DNA from: the human T2T-CHM13v2.0 reference genome, Homo sapiens
NCBI RefSeq assembly: GCF_009914755.1
Contig: NC_060933.1
Strand: one strand, 5' to 3'
Length of the DNA: 64,000 nucleotides
Below are positions 40,734 through 55,100 of this stretch, in pieces; within the stretch, counting starts at the first letter, position 1, and each line of letters starts with the position of its first letter. A program made the translations under genes and the position numbers. Under the pieces are notes generated by a model. The model saw only the letters and a list, made by a program, of their open reading frames with translations. It was not told the origin of the DNA and did no database searches.

Positions 40734-43700
40734 AATCGAGTTGATTCCATTCCATTCCATTCCATTCCATTCCATTCCATTCCATTCCAGTCCTTTCCAT
40801 TCCATTCCACTCGGGTTGATTCCATTCTATTAGTTTCCATTCCATTCCATTCCCTTCCATTCCACTCTGGTTGATTCCATTCCTTTCCAATCCACTCGAA
40901 TACATTCCCTCCTATTCCACTCGGAACGATTCCATTCCATTGCATTCCATTCCATTCCATTCCATTCCATTCCATTCCATTCCATTTCTTTCCATTCCAT
41001 TCTATTCCATACCATTCCATTCCATTCCATTCCATTCCATTCCATTCCATTCCATTCCACTCGTGTTGATTCCATTCCTTTCCATTCCATTCGGTTTGAA
41101 GCCTTTCCATTCCATTCCATTCCATTCCATTCCATTCCATTCCATTCCATTGTACTCGGGTTGATTCCATTCCATTGCATTCCATTCCATTCCATTCCAT
41201 TCGGATTGATTCTATTCAACTCCCTTACTGTCCATTACATTCCATTCCATTCGGGTTGTTCCATTCCATTCCATTCCATTCCATTCCATTCCATTCCATT
41301 CCATTGTACTCGGGTTGATTCCATTCCATTGCATTCCATTCCATTCCATTACATTCGGATTGATTCTATTCAACTCCCTTACTCTCCATTACATTCCATT
41401 CCATTCGGGTTGTTCCATTCCATTCCATTCCATTCCACTCCATTCCATTGCACTCGGGTTGTTCCATTCCATTCCATTCCATTCCACTCCATTCCATTGC
41501 ACTCGGGTTGATTCCATTCCATTCCATTCCATTCCGGATGATTCCTTTCCATTACTTTCCCTTCCATTACATAACCCTGCACTCGCGTTGATTCCATTCC
41601 ATTCCATTCCATTCCACACCATTCCATTCCATTCCGTTCCATTCCGTTCCATTCCATTCCATTCTATTCGGGTTAATTCCATTCCATTCCATTCCATTCC
41701 ATTCTATTCCATTCCATTGCATTCCATTCCATTCCATTCCCCTTCACTCGCGTTGATTCCATTCCATTCCATTCCATTCCATTCCATTCCACTCCATTCC
41801 ATTCCTTTTCGTTCCATTCCATTCCATTCCATTGCATTCCATTCCATTCCATTCCGTTCCATTCCGTTCCATTCCATTCCATTCCATTCTATTCGGGTTA
41901 TTTCCATTCCAATCCATTCGATTGCAATCGAGTTGATTCCATTCCATTCCATTGCATTCCATTCCATTCCTTTCCATTCCATTACGGATGATTCCATTCC
42001 ATTGCATTCCATTCCATTCCATTCCGCTGTACTCGGGTTGATTCCATTCCATTCCATTCCAATCCATGCCATTCCACTCGTGTTGATTCCATTCTTTCTA
42101 TTCCATTCAAGTTGAATCCATTCCTTTGCATTCCATTCCATTCCATTCCCCTGCAGTCGGGTTGATTCCATTCCATTCCATTCCATTCCATTCCATTCCA
42201 TTCCATTCCATTCCATTCCGTTCCATTCCATTCCATTCCATTCCATTCTAGTCGGGTTAATTCCATTCCATTCCATTCCATTCCATTCCATTCCATTCCA
42301 ATCGAGTTGATTCCATTCCATTCCGTTCCATTTCTTTCCATTCCACTCCATTCCCGTCCTTTCCATTCCATTCCACTCGGGTTGATTCCATTGTATTCCT
42401 TTCCATTCCATTCCATTCAATTGCAATCGAGTTGATTCCATTGCTTTGCATTCCATTCCATTCCATTCCATTCCAGATAATTCCATTCCATTGCATTCCA
42501 TTCCATTCCATTCCCCTGCACTCGGGTTGCTTCCATTCCATTCCACTCCATTCCGTTCCATTCCATTCCATTCCATTCTATTCGGGTTAATTCCATTCCA
42601 TTCCATTCCATTCCATTCCATTCCATTCCAATCCATTACAATCGAGTTGATTCCATTCCATTCCATTCCATTCCATTCCATTCCATTCCAGTCCTTTCCA
42701 TTCCATTCCAATCGGGTTGATTCCATTCTATTAGTTTCCGTTCCATTCCATTCCCTTCCATTCCACTCTGGTTGATTCCATTCCTTTCCATTCCACTCGA
42801 ATACATTCCCTCCTATTCCACTCGGAACGATTCCATAGCATTCCATTCCATTCCATTCCATTCCATTCCATTTCGTTCCATTCCATTCTATTCCATACCA
42901 TTCCATTCCATTCCATTCAATTCCATTCCATTCCACTGCTGTTGATTCCATTCCTTTCCATTCCATTCGGTTTGAAGGCATTCCATTCCATTCAATTCCA
43001 TTCCATTCCATTCCATTCCATTCCATTCCATTCCATTCCATTGTACTCGGGTTGATTCCATTCCATTGCATTCCATTCCATTCCATTCCATTCCATTCCG
43101 TTGCATTCCATTCCATTACATTCGGAATGATTCTATTCAACTCCCTTACTCTCCATTACATTCCATTCCATTCGGGTTGTTCCATTCCATTCCATTCCAT
43201 TCCACTCCATTCCATTGCACTCGGATTGATTCCATTCCATTCCATTCCATTCCATTCCATTCCGGATGATTCCATTCCAATGCATTCCGTTCCATTACAT
43301 TCCCCTGCACTCGCTTTGATTCCATTCCATTCCATTTCATTCCATTCGATTCTAATCCGTACCATTCAATTCCATTCCATTCCATGCCATTCCATTCCAT
43401 TCCAGTCCATGCCATTCCACTCGGGTTGATTTCATTCCTTTCCATTCCATTCGAGTTGTATCCTTTCCATTCCATTCCATTCCATTCGATTCCATTCCAT
43501 TGCACACGGGTTCATTCCATTCCATTCCATTCCATTCCATAACATTCCATTCCATTCCATTTCGTTCCATTCCATTCTATTCCGTACCATTCCATTCCAT
43601 TCCATTCCATTCCTGTCCATTCCATGCCATTCCACTCGGGTTGATTCCATTCCTTTCCATTCCATTTGGGTTGAATCCATTCCATTCCATTCCATTCCAT

Positions 43701-46700
43701 TCGATTCCATTACATTACACTCGGGTTGATTCCATTCCATTCCATTCCATTCCATTTCATTGCATTCCATTCCATTCCATTCCATTCCATTCCATTCCAT
43801 TCCATTCCATACCATTCCAATCCATTCCATTCCATGCCATTCCACTCGGGTTGATTCCATTCCTTTCCATTCCTTTCGAGTTGAACCCATTCCATTCCAT
43901 TCCATTCCATTCCATTCCATTGCACACGGGTTCATTCCATTCCATTACATTCCATTCCATTTCGTTCTTTTCCATTCTATTGCGTACCATTCCATTCCAT
44001 TCCATTCCATTCCATGCCATTCCACTCGGGTTTATTCCATTCCTTTCCACTCCATTCGGGTTCAATCCATTCCATTCCCTTCCATTCCATTCGATTCCAT
44101 TCCATTGCACTCGGGTTGATTCCATTCCATTCCATGCCATTCCATTTCATTCCATTCCATTCCATTCCATTCCATTCCATTCCATTCCATTCCATTCTAT
44201 TCCGTTCCATTCCATTCAATTACATTCGTATTGATTCTTTTTAATTTCCTTACACTCCATTACATTCCATTCCATTCGGGTACTTTCCATTCCATTCCAT
44301 TCCATTCCACTGCATTCTATTGCACTCGGGTTGATTGATTCCATTCCATTGCATTCCATTCCATTCCATTCCCCTGAACTCGGGTGGATTCCATTCCATT
44401 CCATTCCATTCCATTCCGTTCCATTCCATTCCATTCCATTCTTTTCAGGTTAATTCCATTCCATTCCATTCCATTCCATCCCATTGCAATCGAGTTGATT
44501 CCATTGCATTCCATTCCATTCCATTGCATTCCATTCCATTCCATTGCATTGCATTCCATTCCATTCCATTACATTGCATTCCATTCCATTCCATTCCCCT
44601 GCACTCAGATAGATTCCATTCCATTCCATTCCATTCCATTCCGTTCCATTCCATTCCATTCCATTCTATTCGCGTTAATTCCATTCCATTCCAGTACATT
44701 ACATTACATTGCAATCGAGATGATTCCATTCCATTCCATTCCATTCCATTCCATTCCATTCCAGTCCTTTCCATTCCATTCCACTCGGGTTGATTCCATT
44801 CTATTAGTTTCCATTCCATTCCGTTCCCTTCCATTCCACTCTGGTTGATTCCATTCCTTTCCAATCCACTCGAATACATTCCCTCCTATTCCACTCGGAA
44901 CGATTCCATTCCATTGCATTCCATTCCATTCCATTCCATTCCATTCCATTCCATTCCATTTCTTTCCATTCCATTCTATTCCATACCATTCCATTCCATT
45001 CCATTCCATTCCATTCCATTCCATTCCATTCCATTCCACTCGTGTTGATTCCATTCCTTTCCATTCCATTCGGTTTGAAGCCTTTCCATTCCATTCCATT
45101 CCATTCCATTCCATTCCATTCCATTCCATTGTACTCGGGTTGATTCCATTCCATTGCATTCCATTCCATTCCATTCCATTCGGATTGATTCTATTCAACT
45201 CCCTTACTGTCCATTACATTCCATTCCATTCGGGTTGTTCCATTCCATTCCATTCCATTCCATTCCATTCCATTCCATTGTACTCGGGTTGATTCCATTC
45301 CATTGCATTCCATTCCATTCCATTACATTCGGATTGATTCTATTCAACTCCCTTACTCTCCATTACATTCCATTCCATTCGGGTTGTTCCATTCCATTCC
45401 ATTCCATTCCACTCCATTCCATTGCACTCGGGTTGTTCCATTCCATTCCATTCCATTCCACTCCATTCCATTGCACTCGGGTTGATTCCATTCCATTCCA
45501 TTCCATTCCGGATGATTCCTTTCCATTACTTTCCCTTCCATTACATAACCCTGCACTCGCGTTGATTCCATTCCATTCCATTCCATTCCACACCATTCCA
45601 TTCCATTCCGTTCCATTCCGTTCCATTCCATTCCATTCTATTCGGGTTAATTCCATTCCATTCCATTCCATTCCATTCTATTCCATTCCATTGCATTCCA
45701 TTCCATTCCATTCCCCTTCACTCGCGTTGATTCCATTCCATTCCATTCCATTCCATTCCATTCCATTCCACTCCATTCCATTCCTTTTCGTTCCATTCCA
45801 TTCCATTCCATTGCATTCCATTCCATTCCATTCCGTTCCATTCCGTTCCATTCCATTCCATTCCATTCTATTCGGGTTATTTCCATTCCAATCCATTCGA
45901 TTGCAATCGAGTTGATTCCATTCCATTCCATTGCATTCCATTCCATTCCTTTCCATTCCATTACGGATGATTCCATTCCATTGCATTCCATTCCATTCCA
46001 TTCCGCTGTACTCGGGTTGATTCCATTCCATTCCATTCCAATCCATGCCATTCCACTCGTGTTGATTCCATTCTTTCTATTCCATTCAAGTTGAATCCAT
46101 TCCTTTGCATTCCATTCCATTCCATTCCCCTGCAGTCGGGTTGATTCCATTCCATTCCATTCCATTCCATTCCATTCCATTCCATTCCATTCCATTCCGT
46201 TCCATTCCATTCCATTCCATTCCATTCTAGTCGGGTTAATTCCATTCCATTCCATTCCATTCCATTCCATTCCATTCCAATCGAGTTGATTCCATTCCAT
46301 TCCGTTCCATTTCTTTCCATTCCACTCCATTCCCGTCCTTTCCATTCCATTCCACTCGGGTTGATTCCATTGTATTCCTTTCCATTCCATTCCATTCAAT
46401 TGCAATCGAGTTGATTCCATTGCTTTGCATTCCATTCCATTCCATTCCATTCCAGATAATTCCATTCCATTGCATTCCATTCCATTCCATTCCCCTGCAC
46501 TCGGGTTGCTTCCATTCCATTCCACTCCATTCCGTTCCATTCCATTCCATTCCATTCTATTCGGGTTAATTCCATTCCATTCCATTCCATTCCATTCCAT
46601 TCCATTCCAATCCATTACAATCGAGTTGATTCCATTCCATTCCATTCCATTCCATTCCATTCCATTCCAGTCCTTTCCATTCCATTCCAATCGGGTTGAT

Positions 46701-48710
46701 TCCATTCTATTAGTTTCCGTTCCATTCCATTCCCTTCCATTCCACTCTGGTTGATTCCATTCCTTTCCATTCCACTCGAATACATTCCCTCCTATTCCAC
46801 TCGGAACGATTCCATAGCATTCCATTCCATTCCATTCCATTCCATTCCATTTCGTTCCATTCCATTCTATTCCATACCATTCCATTCCATTCCATTCAAT
46901 TCCATTCCATTCCACTGCTGTTGATTCCATTCCTTTCCATTCCATTCGGTTTGAAGGCATTCCATTCCATTCAATTCCATTCCATTCCATTCCATTCCAT
47001 TCCATTCCATTCCATTCCATTGTACTCGGGTTGATTCCATTCCATTGCATTCCATTCCATTCCATTCCATTCCATTCCGTTGCATTCCATTCCATTACAT
47101 TTGGAATGATTCTATTCAACTCCCTTACTCTCCATTACATTCCATTCCATTCGGGTTGTTCCATTCCATTCCATTCCATTCCACTCCATTCCATTGCACT
47201 CGGATTGATTCCATTCCATTCCATTCCATTCCATTCCATTCCGGATGATTCCATTCCAATGCATTCCGTTCCATTACATTCCCCTGCACTCGCTTTGATT
47301 CCATTCCATTCCATTTCATTCCATTCGATTCTAATCCGTACCATTCAATTCCATTCCATTCCATGCCATTCCATTCCATTCCAGTCCATGCCATTCCACT
47401 CGGGTTGATTTCATTCCTTTCCATTCCATTCGAGTTGTATCCTTTCCATTCCATTCCATTCCATTCGATTCCATTCCATTGCACACGGGTTCATTCCATT
47501 CCATTCCATTCCATTCCATAACATTCCATTCCATTCCATTTCGTTCCATTCCATTCTATTCCGTACCATTCCATTCCATTCCATTCCATTCCTGTCCATT
47601 CCATGCCATTCCACTCGGGTTGATTCCATTCCTTTCCATTCCATTTGGGTTGAATCCATTCCATTCCATTCCATTCCATTCGATTCCATTACATTACACT
47701 CGGGTTGATTCCATTCCATTCCATTCCATTCCATTTCATTGCATTCCATTCCATTCCATTCCATTCCATTCCATTCCATTCCATTCCATACCATTCCAAT
47801 CCATTCCATTCCATGCCATTCCACTCGGGTTGATTCCATTCCTTTCCATTCCTTTCGAGTTGAACCCATTCCATTCCATTCCATTCCATTCCATTCCATT
47901 GCACACGGGTTCATTCCATTCCATTACATTCCATTCCATTTCGTTCTTTTCCATTCTATTGCGTACCATTCCATTCCATTCCATTCCATTCCATGCCATT
48001 CCACTCGGGTTTATTCCATTCCTTTCCACTCCATTCGGGTTCAATCCATTCCATTCCCTTCCATTCCATTCGATTCCATTCCATTGCACTCGGGTTGATT
48101 CCATTCCATTCCATGCCATTCCATTTCATTCCATTCCATTCCATTCCATTCCATTCCATTCCATTCCATTCTATTCCGTTCCATTCCATTCAATTACATT
48201 CGTATTGATTCTTTTTAATTTCCTTACACTCCATTACATTCCATTCCATTCGGGTACTTTCCATTCCATTCCATTCCATTCCACTGCATTCTATTGAACT
48301 CGGGTTGATTGATTCCATTCCATTGCATTCCATTCCATTCCATTCCCCTGAACTCGGGTGGATTCCATTCCATTCCATTCCATTCCATTCCGTTCCATTC
48401 CATTCCATTCCATTCTGTTCAGGTTAATTCCATTCCATTCCATTCCATTCCATCCCATTGCAATCGAGTTGATTCCATTGCATTCCATTCCATTCCATTG
48501 CATTCCATTCCATTCCATTGCATTGCATTCCATTCCATTCCATTACATTGCATTCCATTCCATTCCATTCCCCTGCACTCAGATAGATTCCATTCCATTC
48601 CATTCCATTCCATTCCGTTCCATTCCATTCCATTCCATTCTATTCGCGTTAATTCCATTCCATTCCAGTACATTACATTACATTGCAATCGAGATGATTC
48701 CATTCCATTC
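40734..48710 (+). repeat. Near-identical tandem duplication of a ~3.98-kb unit (~40734-44712 / ~44713-48710)
   Basis: ORF pairs 41379/45353, 41982/45961, 43052/47031 and 44450/48424 have offsets of 3974-3979. AATCGAG(T/A)TG anchors lie at 40734, 44713 and 48687. Confidence 0.92.
43400..44120 (+). repeat. Local ~210-bp subrepeat forming a ~420-bp dimer (also present at +3979)
   Basis: ATGCCATTCCACTCGGG at 43409, 43624, 43834 and 44014. TGCACACGGGTTC at 43501 and 43921. Confidence 0.7.
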
Positions 48711-49689
48711 CGTTCCATTCCGTTCCATTCCATTCCATTCCATTCCATTCCATACCATTCCATTCCATTTCGTTCCATTCCATTCTATTCCGTACCATTC
48801 CATTCCATTCCATTTCATTCCATTCCATTCCATGCCATTCCACTCAGGTTGATTCCATTGCTTTCCATTCCATTTGGGTTGAATCCAATCCATTCCATTC
48901 CATTCCATTCCATTCCATTCCATTCCATTCCATTGCACTAGGTTTGATTCCATTCCACTGCATTCCATTCCATTCCATTCCATTCCATTCCATTCCATTC
49001 CATTCCATTGCAATCGGGTTGATTCCATTCCATTCCATTCCATTCCATTCCATTCCATTCCATTCCATTCCATTGCAATCGAGTTGATTCCATTCCATTC
49101 CATTCCATTCCATTCCATTCCATTCCATTCCTTTCCATTCCATTACGGATGATTCCATTCCATTGCATTCCATTCCATTCCATTCCCCTGTAGTCGGGTT
49201 GATTCCATTCCATTCCATTCCAATCCATGCCATTCCACTCGTGTTGATTCCATTCTTTCCATTCCATTCAAGTTGAATCCATTGCATTGCATTCCATTCT
49301 ATTCGATTCCATTCGATTGCACTCGGGTTGATTCCATTCCATTGCATTCCATTCCATTACATTCGGATTGATTCTATTCAATTCCCTTACACTCCATTAC
49401 ATTCCATTACATTCGGGTAGTTTCCATTCCATTCCATTCCATTCCTTTACATTCCGTTGCACTCGGGTTGATTACATTCCATTGCATTCCATTCCATTCC
49501 ATTCAATTCCATTCCGTTCCATTCCATTCCATTACATTCGGATTGATTCTATTCAACTCCCTTACTCTCCATTACATTCCATTCCATTCGGGTTGTTCCA
49601 TTCCATTCCATTCCATTCCACTCCATTCCATTGCACTCGGGTTGATTCCATTCCATTCCATTGCATTCCATTCTATTCCATTCCGGAAG

Positions 49690-51330
49690 ATTCCATTCCA
49701 TTGCATTCCATTCCATTCCATTCCCCTTCACTCGCGTTGATTCCATTCCATTCCATTCCATTCCATTCCATTCCACTCCATTCCATTCCTTTTCGTTCCA
49801 TTCCATTCCATTCCATTGCATTCCATTCCATTCCATTCCGTTCCATTCCGTTCCATTCCATTCCATTCCATTCTATTCGGGTTATTTCCATTCCAATCCA
49901 TTCGATTGCAATCGAGTTGATTCCATTCCATTCCATTGCATTCCATTCCATTCCTTTCCATTCCATTACGGATGATTCCATTCCATTGCATTCCATTCCA
50001 TTCCTTTCCGCTGTACTCGGGTTGATTCCATTCCATTCCATTCCAATCCATGCCATTCCACTCGTGTTGATTCCATTCTTTCTATTCCATTCAAGTTGAA
50101 TCCATTCCTTTGCATTCCATTCCATTCCATTCCCCTGCAGTCGGGTTGATTCCATTCCATTCCATTCCATTCCATTCCATTCCATTCCATTCCATTCCAT
50201 TCCGTTCCCTTCCATTCCATTCCATTCCATTCTAGTCGGGTTAATTCCATTCCATTCCATTCCATTCCATTCCATTCCATTCCAATCGAGTTGATTCCAT
50301 TCCATTCCATTCCATTTCTTTCCATTCCACTCCATTCCCGTCCTTTCCATTCCATTCCACTCGGGTTGATTCCATTGTATTCCTTTCCATTCCATTCCAT
50401 TCAATTGCAATCGAGTTGATTCCATTGCTTTGCATTCCATTCCATTCCATTCCATTCCAGATAATTCCATTCCATTGCATTCCATTCCATTCCATTCCCC
50501 TGCACTCGGGTTGCTTCCATTCCATTCCACTCCATTCCGTTCCATTCCATTCCATTCCATTGTATTCGGGTTAATTCCATTCCATTCCATTCCATTCCAT
50601 TCCATTCCATTCCAATCCATTACAATCGAGTTGATTCCATTCCATTCCATTCCATTCCATTCCATTCCAGTCCTTTCCATTCCATTCCACTCGGGTTGAT
50701 TCCATTCTATTAGTTTCCGTTCCATTCCATTCCCTTCCATTCCACTCTGGTTGATTCCATTCCTTTCCATTCCACTCGAATACATTCCCTCCTATTCCAC
50801 TCGGAACGATTCCATAACATTCCATTCCATTCCATTCCATTCCATTCCATTCCATTCCATTTCGTTCCATTCCATTCTATTCCATACCGTTCCATTCCAT
50901 TCCATTCAATTCCATTCCATTCCACTGCTGTTGATTCCATTCCTTTCCATTCCATTCGGTTTGAAGGCATTCCATTCCATTCAATTCCATTCCATTCCAT
51001 TCCATTCCATTCCATTCCATTCCATCCCATTCCATTCCATTGTACTCGGGTTGATTCCATTGCATTGCATTCCATTCCATTCCATTCCATTCCATTCCAT
51101 TCCGTTGCATTCCATTCCATTACATTCGGAATGATTCTATTCAACTCCCTTACTCTCCATTACATTCCATTCCATTCGGGTTGTTCCATTCCATTCCATT
51201 CCATTCCACTCCATTCCATTGCACTCGGATTGATTCCATTCCATTCCATTCCATTCCATTCCATTCCGGATGATTCCATTCCAATGCATTCCGTTCCATT
51301 ACATTCCCCTGCACTCGCTTTGATTCCATT
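49690..51330 (+). repeat. Third, partial (~1.6-kb) copy of the 4-kb unit
   Basis: ORF pairs 41744/49728, 41982/49966 and 42446/50430 have offset 7984. Diagnostic GGTTATTTCCATTCCAATCC and CTCGCTTTG are shared. Confidence 0.85.
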
Positions 51331-51629
51331 CCATTCCATTCCATTCCATTCCATTCAATTCCATTCCATTACAATTCTTTCCATTCCGTTCTATTCCGTA
51401 CCATTCCATTCCATTCCATACCATTCTATTCCATTCCATTCCATTCCATTCCACTCCGTTCCATTCTGTTCCATTCCATTCCATTCCATTCCATTCTATT
51501 CGGGTTAATTCCATTCCATTCCATTCCATTCCATTCTATTCCATTCCATTGCAATCGAGTTGAATCCATTGCATTGCATTCCATTCCATTCCATTCCATT
51601 CCATTCCATTCCATTCCGGAAGATTCCAT

Positions 51630-52130
51630 TCCATTGCATTCCATTCCATTCCATTCCCCTGCACTCGCGTTGATTCCATTCCATTCCATTCCATTCCATT
51701 CCATTCCACTCCATTCCATTCCTTTTCGTTCCATTCCATTCCATTCCATTGCATTCCATTCCATTCCATTCCGTTCCATTCCGTTCCATTCCATTCCATT
51801 CCATTCTATTCGGGTTATTTCCATTCCAATCCATTCGATTGCAATCGAGTTGATTCCATTCCATTCCATTGCATTCCATTCCATTCCTTTCCATTCCATT
51901 ACGGATGATTCCATTCCATTGCATTCCATTCCATTCCATTCCGCTGTACTCGGGTTGATTCCATTCCATTCCATTCCAATCCATGCCATTCCACTCGTGT
52001 TGATTCCATTCTTTCTATTCCATTCAAGTTGAATCCATTCCTTTGCATTCCATTCCATTCCATTCCCCTGCAGTCGGGTTGATTCCATTCCATTCCATTC
52101 CATTCCATTCCATTCCATTCCATTCCGTTC
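51630..52130 (+). repeat. Fourth, partial (~0.5-kb) copy of the same module, abutting copy C
   Basis: CCTTTTCGTT at ~41805, ~45783, ~49788 and 51721. GGTTATTTCC at 41896, 45875, 49880 and 51813. Confidence 0.8.
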
Positions 52131-52139
52131 CATTCCATT

Positions 52140-55100
52140 CCATTCCATTCCATTGTATTCGGGTTAATTCCATTCCATTCCATTCCATTCCATTCCATTC
52201 CATTCCATTCCATTACAATCGAGTTGATTCCATTCCATTCCATTCCATTCCATTCCATTCCATTCCATTCCATTCCTTTCCATTCCATTCCACTCGGGTT
52301 GATTCCATTCTATTAGTTTCCATTCAATTCCATTCCCTTCCATTCCACTCTGGTTGATTCCATTCCTTTCCATTCCACTCGGATACATTCCCTCCTATTC
52401 CACTCGGAACGATTCCATTCCATTTCATTCCATTCCAATCCGTTCCATTCCATTCCATTTCGTTCCATTCCATTCTATTCCGTACCATTCCATTCCATTC
52501 CATTCCATTCCATTCCACTCGTGTTGATTCCATTCCTTTCCATTCCATTCGGTTTGAAGCCACTCCATTCCATTCAAATCCACTCCATTCCATTCCATTC
52601 CATTCCACTCCATTCCATTGCACTCGGGTTGATTCCATTCCATTCAATTCCATTCCATTCCATTCCGGATGATTCCATTCCATTGCATTCCGTTCCATTA
52701 CATTCCGCTGCACTCGCGTTGATTCCATTCCATTCCATTCCATTCCATACCATTCCATTCCTTTCCATTCCATTCCATTCCATTCCATTCCATTCCGGAT
52801 GATTCCATTCCATTGCATTCCATTCCATTCCATTCCCCTCTACTCGGGTTGATTCCATTCCATTCCATTCCACTCCATGCCATTCCAGTCGTGTTGATTC
52901 CATTATTTCCATTTCATTCAAGTTGAATCCATTCCATTGCATTCCATTCCATTCGATTCCATTCGATTGCACTCTTGTTGATTCCATTCCATTGCATTCC
53001 ATCCCATTCCATTCCATTCCATTCCGTTCCATTACATTCCATTACATTCGGATTGATTCTTTTCAACTCCCTTACTCTCCATTTCATTCCATTCCATTCG
53101 GGTTGTTCCATTCCATTCCATTCCATTCCACTCCATTCCATTGCACTCAGGTTGATTCCATTCCATTCCATTCCATTCCGGATGATTCCTTTCCATTGCA
53201 TTCAGTTCCATTACATTCCCCTGCACTCGGCTTGATTCCATTCCATTCCATTCCATTCCATTCGATTCCATTCCATTCCCCTGCACTCGCGTTGATTCCA
53301 TTCCATTCCATTCCATTCCATTCCATTCCATTCCGTTCCATTCCTTTCCGTTCCATTCCATTCCATTCCATTGCATTCCGTTCCGTTCCATTCCATTCCA
53401 TTCCATTCTATTCGGGTTAATTCCATTCCATTCCATTCGATTGCAATCGAGTTGATTCCATTCCCTTCCATTCCATTACATTCCATTCCTTTCCATTCCC
53501 TTATGGATGATTCCATTCCATTGCATTCCATTCCATTCCATTCCCCTTTACTCGGGTTGATTCCATTCCATTCCATTCCAATCCATGCCATTCCACTCGT
53601 GTTGATTCCATTCTTTCCATTCCATTCAAGTTGAATCCATTCCTTTCCATTCCATTCCATTCGATTCCATTCCATTGCACTCGGGTTAATTCCATTCCAT
53701 TCTATTCCATTCCATTCCGGATGATTCCATTCCTTTGTATTCCATTCCATTCCATTCCCCTGCACTCAGGTTGATTCCATTCCATTCCATTATATTACAT
53801 TCCGTTCCATTCCATTCCATTCCATTCGGATTGATTCTATTCAATTCCCTTACACTCCATTACATTCCATTCCATTCGGGTAGTTTCCATTCCTTTCCAT
53901 TCCACTCCTCTCTATTCCATTGCACTCGGGTTGATTCCATTCCATTCCATTCCATTCCATTCCATTCCATTCCATTCCATTCCCTTCCATTGTACTCGGG
54001 TTGATTCCATTCCATTCCATTCCATTCCATTCCATTCCATTCCATTCCGTTCCATTCCATTACATTACATTCGGATTGATTCTATTCAACTCCCTTACTC
54101 TCCATTACATTCCTTTCCATTCGGGTTGTTCCATTCCATTCCATTCCATTCCACTCCATTCCATTGCACTCGGGTTGGTTCCATTCCATTCCATTCCATT
54201 CCGTTCCATTCCATTCCATTCCATTCCATCCCGGATGATTCCATTCCATTGCATTCCATTCCATTACATTCCCCTGCACTCCGGTTGATTCCATTCTATT
54301 CCATTCGATTCCATTCGATTCCATTCCATTCCAATTCGTTCCATTCCAATCTATTCCGTACCATTCCATTAAATTCCATACCATTCCATTCCATTCCATT
54401 CCATTCCATACCATTCCATTCCATTCCCTTCCATTCCATTCCATTCCATTCTATTCGGGTTAATTCCATTCCATTCCATTCCATTCCATTCTATTCCCTT
54501 CCATTGCAATCGAGTTGAATCCATTGCATTCCATTCCATTCCATTCCATTCCATTCCGGAAGATTCCATTCCATTGCAATCCATTCCATTCCATTCCCCT
54601 GCACTCGGGTTGATTCCATTCCATTCCATTCCATTCCATTCCGTTCCGTTCCGTTCCTTTCCATTCCATTCCATTCCATTCCATGCCATTCCGTTCCGTT
54701 CCGTTCCGTTCCATTCCATTCCATTCTATTTGGGTTAATTCCATTCCATTCCACTCGATTGCAATCGAGTTAATTCCATTCCATTCCATTCCATTCCATT
54801 CCATTCCTTTCCATTCCATTACGGATGATTCCATTCCATTGCATTACATTCCATTCCATTCCCTTGTACTCGGGTTGATTCCATTCCATTCCATTCCATT
54901 CCATTCTATTCCATTCCATTACATTCGGATTGATTCTATTCAACTCCCTTACTCTCCATTACATTCCATTCCATTCGCGTTGTTCCATTCCATTCCATTC
55001 CATTCCACTCCATTCCATTGCACTCGGGTTGATTCCATTCCATTCCATTCCATTCCATTCCGGATGATTCCATTCCATTCCATTCCGTTCCATTCCGTTC

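Noticed and set aside
45647-47119. 490-aa and 478-aa (41704-43140) minus-strand ORFs and all other listed ORFs
   Set aside because: (GGAAT)n and (ATTCC)n contain no stop codon in any frame, so they yield (MEWNG)n and (HSIPF)n automatically. The ORFs overlap in all frames, have no domain content, and tolerate frameshifting 5-bp indels between copies. There is no evidence of translation.
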